Below, piece by piece: positions 26,869 through 32,000 of a DNA stretch of 32,000 nucleotides. The first letter of the stretch is position 1. The number at the start of each line of letters is the position of its first letter. The stretch covers positions 37,653-69,652 of the forward strand of contig NJBF01000009.1 of the NCBI GenBank assembly GCA_003144275.1. The letters are read 5' to 3'. This DNA is from Candidatus Heimdallarchaeota archaeon B3_Heim (lineage in GTDB: Archaea; Asgardarchaeota; Heimdallarchaeia; Hodarchaeales; Hodarchaeaceae). The translations under genes were made by a program, and so were the position numbers. The notes under the pieces were generated by a model. The model made no database searches, was not told where the DNA came from, and saw nothing but the letters and a program-made list of their open reading frames with translations.

Positions 26869-26880
26869 TTTTAGTCATGT
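26846..26880. promoter_or_regulatory. 35-bp imperfect palindrome at the M48/lipA divergent junction (operator or recombination site)
   Basis: ACATGATCAAATTTGTC-T-GACAATTTTAGTCATGT: 14 of 17 symmetric positions pair. Confidence 0.55.
26847..26868 (+). repeat. 22-bp direct repeat, right copy
   Basis: CATGATCAAATTTGTCTGACAA; on the minus strand it encodes the annotated first codons of the M48 gene. Confidence 0.8.
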
Positions 26881-26950
26881 AATTATAAATGAGAACCATG
26901 GACTCTTATAATCAGAGTACTTCCTCTAAATCTAGTTGTGTGATGTATAA

Positions 26951-27850
26951 GTGAAAGGATCATCAAAACCTGATTGGATTCGGGCTAAAATTCCAACTGA
27001 AACGAAATTTAAAGAGGTTAGCAATCTAATTAAAAATCAAGGACTTCATACTGTTTGTGAAGAAGCGTTTTGTCCAAATAGAACCGAATGTTGGGAATCT
27101 GGAACTGCTACATTTTTGCTAATGGGTGTTTATTGTACCAGAGCCTGTAAATTCTGTGATGTGGATACTAAAAATCCTCATCAATATCTCGATATTGGTG
27201 AACCTCTGAAAATTGCAGAAGCTATCAAAACTCTTAGCCTGAAATATGTTGTTCTGACTTCCGTGACAAGGGATGATCTTCCTGATGGAGGGGCAAGTCA
27301 TCTAGCTAATTGCATCAGGACAATAAAACAGGAAATGCCTTCTACACTGATAGAAATACTTATCCCTGATTTTAAAGGTAATGTTCAATCATTAAAAACC
27401 ATTGCTAATGCTAAACCTGAAGTAATTGGTCATAATATGGAAACGACTGAAACATTCACCCCTAAAATACGTGATCCTAGAGCCAAATATCAACAATCAT
27501 TATCAGTTCTAAAAACACTTAAAAATATCGACCCTGAAATTTTCACTAAATCTTCAATAATGTTAGGGTTTGGAGAGACTGATAAACAGATCCTTACCTC
27601 ACTTAAAGATTTAAAAGACGTACATGTTGATATCATTACCTTAGGACAATACCTCCAACCTTCTAGAAAAGCTATTCCCGTTCATGATTATATTGAACCA
27701 AAAAAATTCGCATATTGGGAAAATAAAGCCAAAGAAATGGGATTCTCTGCTGTAGTAGCAGGCCCTCTTGTAAGAAGTTCATACCAAGCTGGATTACAAT
27801 ATTCAAGAGTACGAAAAATAGTAAGGAAGAAGCTCAATGAGCAAGAATGA
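26951..27850 (+). CDS. lipA: Lipoyl synthase (radical SAM)
   Basis: HTVCEEAFCPNRTECW (CX4CX5C), CTRACKFC (CX3CX2C), LTSVTRDDLPDGGA, GHNMET, LGQYLQPS, VRSSY. GTG start directly after an in-frame TAA. Confidence 0.95.
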   Translation: MKGSSKPDWIRAKIPTETKFKEVSNLIKNQGLHTVCEEAFCPNRTECWESGTATFLLMGVYCTRACKFCDVDTKNPHQYLDIGEPLKIAEAIKTLSLKYVVLTSVTRDDLPDGGASHLANCIRTIKQEMPSTLIEILIPDFKGNVQSLKTIANAKPEVIGHNMETTETFTPKIRDPRAKYQQSLSVLKTLKNIDPEIFTKSSIMLGFGETDKQILTSLKDLKDVHVDIITLGQYLQPSRKAIPVHDYIEPKKFAYWENKAKEMGFSAVVAGPLVRSSYQAGLQYSRVRKIVRKKLNEQE

Positions 27851-28162
27851 AAAACACTATGATTTCAATATGGAAATAATTGTGAGCTTATACAGCAAGT
27901 GGAACGTGGAGAGAGCTTTTCTTGAATTGATCTAGAAAAATCGTCCTTTTATCGAACACTCTAACTAGGCCCTGAAATTAGACCCTCGATATTTACATCT
28001 TCCTTTAAAAGAAGTGAATGTCTGGAATCTGAAAATTGGAATAATAAGAAAATTCTTCAGAGTAAAGATTGAGCCTCTTCAATGCAAATGAGAATTAAAA
28101 TTGACGGAACATTTCTCTAGATAGACATTAAAACTTAAAATTGGGTGTTGGATCGATTAGAT

Positions 28163-29164
28163 ATGGGCCAAGTAAATCATGTATCACATCAAAAATGTCC
28201 AGAGTGCGGAGCGGTTGATAATATAGTTTCTGATCCAAGGTCAGGGCAATGGATTTGTGCGTGTTGTGGGGTTGTAGTAGATTCATTAATGTTTGATCAG
28301 GGACCGGAATGGAGAGCTTATGATTATCAAGAAGAACAAAATCGTTCTAGAGGCGGTTCGCCACTTTCTTTACTCCAGCCTGATTTTGGAATTAAGACTC
28401 AGATAAGTAAATCTAGAAAAGATGGGAAAGGTCGAAAATTATCTTCTAATAAAAGACTAGCTTATAATCGATTAACAAACGTCGATAATCACGCACATGA
28501 AAGCGAGATCCGCAACTTAAGAATTGCCTTGAGAGAACTTAAGAGGTTACGTAGTCAAATGGAATTGCCAGAAAGAACGGCCCAAATGGCAAGCTCTTAT
28601 TATCGCCAGTGTCTCAAGAAAAATCTGATTCGAGGACGATCAATAGATGGAATGATTGCAGCAAGTCTCTATCTAGCCTGTCGCAAGACAAAAATTCCCC
28701 TTACACTAAAAGATATATCTATTAATGCTAATGTTTCAGCTAAAGAGCTGGGCAGATGTGTTAGGACAATAATTCAACATTTAAGAACAAAACCTGACTC
28801 TGGAAGACATGAAGCCTTAATTCATCGTTTAGGGGAAGAATTGTCATTATCTATGCCTACACGGATGATTGCTGTAAAGATTGCGATTAAAACACGAGAG
28901 TGTGGAATTACTGTTGGTAAAAATCCAATGTCAATTGCTGCTGCGTGTCTGTATATATCAGGTGTAAAAACAGGAGAACGACGAACTCAACAACAAATTG
29001 CTCGAGCAGCTAAAACAACTCCTGTTACGATCAGAAACCGATTCAAGGAAATTGTACGAATCTTAGGTATGGATGATATTGAGGTAAAACGTGGTGCTGC
29101 CGCGATTCCCGTTTTTATTGAGGATCCCAGATCATTATTAAGTGCCACACAGAATGTATTCTAA
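28163..29164 (+). CDS. tfb: Transcription initiation factor IIB (TFB), probably a divergent paralog
   Basis: Zn ribbon CPECG...CACCG, B-reader DQGPEWRAY, two cyclin repeats (LIRGRSIDG; GKNPMSIAAACLY) and HTH TQQQIARAAKTTPVTIRNRF. ATG at 28163 preferred over GTG at 28145. Confidence 0.92.
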   Translation: MGQVNHVSHQKCPECGAVDNIVSDPRSGQWICACCGVVVDSLMFDQGPEWRAYDYQEEQNRSRGGSPLSLLQPDFGIKTQISKSRKDGKGRKLSSNKRLAYNRLTNVDNHAHESEIRNLRIALRELKRLRSQMELPERTAQMASSYYRQCLKKNLIRGRSIDGMIAASLYLACRKTKIPLTLKDISINANVSAKELGRCVRTIIQHLRTKPDSGRHEALIHRLGEELSLSMPTRMIAVKIAIKTRECGITVGKNPMSIAAACLYISGVKTGERRTQQQIARAAKTTPVTIRNRFKEIVRILGMDDIEVKRGAAAIPVFIEDPRSLLSATQNVF

Positions 29165-29224
29165 ATTTATCTCCATTTTCTCCCTTTTTACTTTGGAACA
29201 ATATCACTCTCATTACATGACAGT

Positions 29225-30493
29225 TCAATATTGATTTGCTGACGGAGTTTTTGATTTATACTCAAAAATCAGAAATCCAATAACTATTCCAATAGCATGG
29301 AGTCCTAGGAGAACACCAATGCCTATGCCTGCAATATCTTGATTCAAATTAAGTAGGTAGGCATTAAGAAGTTCGAAAGTGATGATTATTACTGAATTAG
29401 TTAATAGTAGAGCATTTTCTTTTGTGAATATCTTAATATTTCTCACTTTTGTCAAGAATTTGAAGAATGCGTATTTAAATTTGACTAATACAAATATAGA
29501 GAGAATAATTGTTAAAATAAATGCAATTAAGAGTAAAAAATCCAAAAAGACAGTTATTTCCGAAGCGGATGTTTCCAATTGAGCCAGTAGAGAGAAAGAA
29601 TTCCAGAAAGAATGAAAAAAAACGGCATATAATAATCCGTAACGATAGAAAATTAGTCCAAGAACTACTCCAAGAAAAAATACAACGAATAAATGCTCGA
29701 TAGTAAATCTAAATGAACCATTTTGTAGATCTGCAGGTAAGTGGTTAAGACTAAATATTGCACTGCTAAGAAGTATCACAGATACCTTTGAGGATATTCT
29801 CCCTTCTAAGAAAGAAATTACATGTTGACGAAAAATTATTTCTTCAAATAATGGTCCTATTATGATGACTAAGAGAGAAAAAAGTATTGTCACAAGAGGA
29901 TTAGCAAAGTAAACATCATAGGGAGAAGAATGGGACGGAGGAACGGCAAAATAATCCAAAATATTGTCAATAAGAGTGATACTCATTTCTAACAAAGTAA
30001 CTGAAACTAGAAAAACAATGACTAATAGGAGAACCGTTTGTTTTTTCCTTTTTACAGGATCAATCTTTATAACAGTAAATGGTACATACTTAATTAAAAC
30101 AAGAATAAAAACAAGATTTGATATGATTGTAATAAAGAGATTGAGAAACTCCATTATAACTGCATCATCAAAAACATTGAATGGTAAGAATATAATAACA
30201 ACTGTTCCCACAATTAATTGAAATATAAAATAAGAAGAGAGTATAAATATTATCAATAGACTTGAATCGAACGGTAGAAGTCTTGTAATGTACCAGGGCG
30301 TTGTTTTTATTGTCGGTATTCGTGCTTCAGCATTTATAGAGGCAGAACATATTGGACATTCTGATAACTGGTTTGAATATAGGTTACCACAATTTGTACA
30401 AGTATTAATCCCCTCTATCGTTTCTCCACAGAAGATACAATAACGATTAGCTGGAATATGATTACTACAATTAGGACAGATAACCCTGGACAT
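29225..30493 (-). CDS. CPBP (Rce1/Abi type II CAAX-like) intramembrane protease with an N-terminal double zinc ribbon
   Basis: EEIIFR, FSLNHL and HSFWN motifs in order. N-terminal CPNC..CIFC..CTNC..CPIC. Confidence 0.85.
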   Translation of the reverse strand: MSRVICPNCSNHIPANRYCIFCGETIEGINTCTNCGNLYSNQLSECPICSASINAEARIPTIKTTPWYITRLLPFDSSLLIIFILSSYFIFQLIVGTVVIIFLPFNVFDDAVIMEFLNLFITIISNLVFILVLIKYVPFTVIKIDPVKRKKQTVLLLVIVFLVSVTLLEMSITLIDNILDYFAVPPSHSSPYDVYFANPLVTILFSLLVIIIGPLFEEIIFRQHVISFLEGRISSKVSVILLSSAIFSLNHLPADLQNGSFRFTIEHLFVVFFLGVVLGLIFYRYGLLYAVFFHSFWNSFSLLAQLETSASEITVFLDFLLLIAFILTIILSIFVLVKFKYAFFKFLTKVRNIKIFTKENALLLTNSVIIITFELLNAYLLNLNQDIAGIGIGVLLGLHAIGIVIGFLIFEYKSKTPSANQY

Positions 30494-30625
30494 GGTATGT
30501 TCAACAATGGCTTTATAGGATGAGTTCCGCTAAAAAGGTATTGGTTTAGGAAACGTATTAAACTTAATGCTTAAAATTGAGATTAAGAGGTTCATTCTTT
30601 TACACGTCCAAAGACTTCGGATTAC

Positions 30626-31654
30626 TTGAACGAAGAGGGTATTTCAGTGCTACAACAATTTATTGACGAGGAAATAACGAAAAATTTAGCTAAGCAGCTA
30701 AATTCAGCAATTGAGGGACTTGAAAGCCCCACGAAAGATCGGATTCGTGAGTTTATTCTGTCCACTAAAGGAAAACAATTACGTCCAGCACTTATTGCAG
30801 TTACTACGAAACTTTTAATTCAAGATACTGAGTCACAGGAGTCGCGATTAGCTCGTGCGTATAAATTCGCAATTGTAATTGAATTACTTCATAATATGAC
30901 TCTAATTCATGATGATTTGATTGATAATGCTCCCATTCGTCGTGGAAAGGATGCATTTCATATCAGGCATGGCACTGATCGGGCATTACATGATGTTGAT
31001 GTTCTTCACGCATATGCTCTTACCCTCATTAAAGATGATCCCGCAGGGCTAAAATTAGTACTTGATTATGCTTATCAAGTAGGTTTGGGCAATGCAATCG
31101 AACTAGAAGACAGACTTGATCAGAACTTCGATTTTGAAATGTCACGCGTTATCAAAATAATGGAATATAAAACTGCGGTAGTATTTGCAGGTTGCGTTAG
31201 ATTAGGATGTTTAGCAGCTAATCGTGAAGATTTATTTACAGAGGCATTAAACAAGGCAATTATCGCCGCTGGAATCGCTTTTCAAATTCAAGATGACTAT
31301 TTAGACATTCTTGGCAATCCCGAAGAATTTGGGAAAATGCAATTTTGGGACATTCAAGAATCAAAACGAAATTTGTTCCTACATTTTTCAATGCGAACAG
31401 AACATTCTACTAAAATCAAAGAAATATATAATAAGGATATCGGGCAAAAAAACAAGGAAGATATCGATATCGTCTTAAAAGTTTTTCAGTCTATTCAAGA
31501 AAAGGTAAAAGAAGTTCGCGACCAGTACGCTAAACTAGCAATCGATGGCTTAAAATCTATTCAGGCTAATATAAATAAGGATGATTATCAAGCTGAAGAG
31601 TTAATCGATTTCTTGTTAATCCTATCGAAATACCTTATTGAACGTAGTAAATGA
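30626..31654 (+). CDS. Trans-isoprenyl (polyprenyl) diphosphate synthase family protein
   Basis: GKQLRP, ELLHNMTLIHDDLIDNAPIRRG (FARM), YKT, FQIQDDYLD (SARM), GKMQFWDIQESK. Confidence 0.88.
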   Translation: MNEEGISVLQQFIDEEITKNLAKQLNSAIEGLESPTKDRIREFILSTKGKQLRPALIAVTTKLLIQDTESQESRLARAYKFAIVIELLHNMTLIHDDLIDNAPIRRGKDAFHIRHGTDRALHDVDVLHAYALTLIKDDPAGLKLVLDYAYQVGLGNAIELEDRLDQNFDFEMSRVIKIMEYKTAVVFAGCVRLGCLAANREDLFTEALNKAIIAAGIAFQIQDDYLDILGNPEEFGKMQFWDIQESKRNLFLHFSMRTEHSTKIKEIYNKDIGQKNKEDIDIVLKVFQSIQEKVKEVRDQYAKLAIDGLKSIQANINKDDYQAEELIDFLLILSKYLIERSK

Positions 31655-31691
31655 ACAAGTAATTATCTTCCACATTAATGGATTGGCTCAA

Positions 31692-32000
31692 ATGAGCAAG
31701 CATAAGGATATTCACAAATATACGATAGAGTTTACAGAGAATTTCTGGATCAATTTATTAGAAGTAGCTGGACACGGGAACGTTAAACAATTTATTATAC
31801 AGGCCCTGAAGGTTGCCCTAGAAGCGCGTACAATCAAATCATTGATTCTTTGCGGAGGAAAAGGTACTAGTTTTCGTCCTCTATCTGTTGCTACACCAGC
31901 TGTAATGCTCCCAATAGGATATCAACCAATTCTTGAATATTCTATTGACCTACTAAGAAAGCATGCGTTAACCGAAATTTTTCTTTCAGTGGGGTATAGA
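31692..32000 (+). CDS. RHH-like N-terminal module fused to a sugar-phosphate nucleotidyltransferase-like domain (partial, runs off the window end; not in the ORF track)
   Basis: Open frame from ATG 31692: MSKHKDIHKYTIEFTENFWINLLEVAGHGNVKQFIIQALKVALEARTIKSLILCGGKGTSFRPLSVATPAVMLPIGYQPILEYSIDLLRKHALTEIFLSVGYR. Confidence 0.85.
   Translation, partial: MSKHKDIHKYTIEFTENFWINLLEVAGHGNVKQFIIQALKVALEARTIKSLILCGGKGTSFRPLSVATPAVMLPIGYQPILEYSIDLLRKHALTEIFLSVGYR

Noticed and set aside
610-30221. Short ORFs (60-126 aa) in the track that overlap longer genes, e.g. 610-906, 3359-3655, 8445-8750, 12742-13122, 29379-30221
   Set aside because: They are antisense or alternate-frame shadows of well-supported CDS with no recognisable motifs.
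1-32000. tRNA, rRNA, CRISPR array, transposase or integrase genes
   Set aside because: No intergenic segment has the length, GC content or cloverleaf/repeat-spacer structure required, and no ORF shows DDE, HUH, tyrosine or serine recombinase motifs.

Overview
A gene-dense, AT-rich archaeal chromosomal window. It carries TFB, G1P dehydrogenase, a GGR, an archaeal-type ArgRS and a class III signal-peptide pilin. A Roadblock-like protein, many zinc-ribbon fusions and a bacterial-type LipA point to an Asgard archaeon, possibly Heimdallarchaeia (inference). It holds about 24 CDS. Housekeeping genes: argS-flippase-egsA-rnhB-PMM, an ASH-Ski2-like helicase, an aminotransferase, lipA, tfb and a polyprenyl synthase. 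Accessory genes: a 1006-aa pilin with Ig-like repeats, a BshC-like protein with a Zn ribbon, a tandem pair of Zn-finger/coiled-coil paralogs, a 1060-aa alpha/alpha-toroid + Ig surface protein, a Roadblock + coiled-coil pair, an expanded M48 protease, a Zn-ribbon CPBP protease, and an RHH-nucleotidyltransferase fusion cut by the window end. I see no tRNA, rRNA, CRISPR array or transposase. The most striking non-coding signal is a 21/22-identical direct repeat (24245-24266 and 26847-26868) bracketing the 2.6-kb M48 protease gene. Recombining the two copies would rebuild a 33-bp near-perfect palindrome and place the coiled-coil gene next to lipA, which suggests a single-gene cassette at a recombinase-like site.
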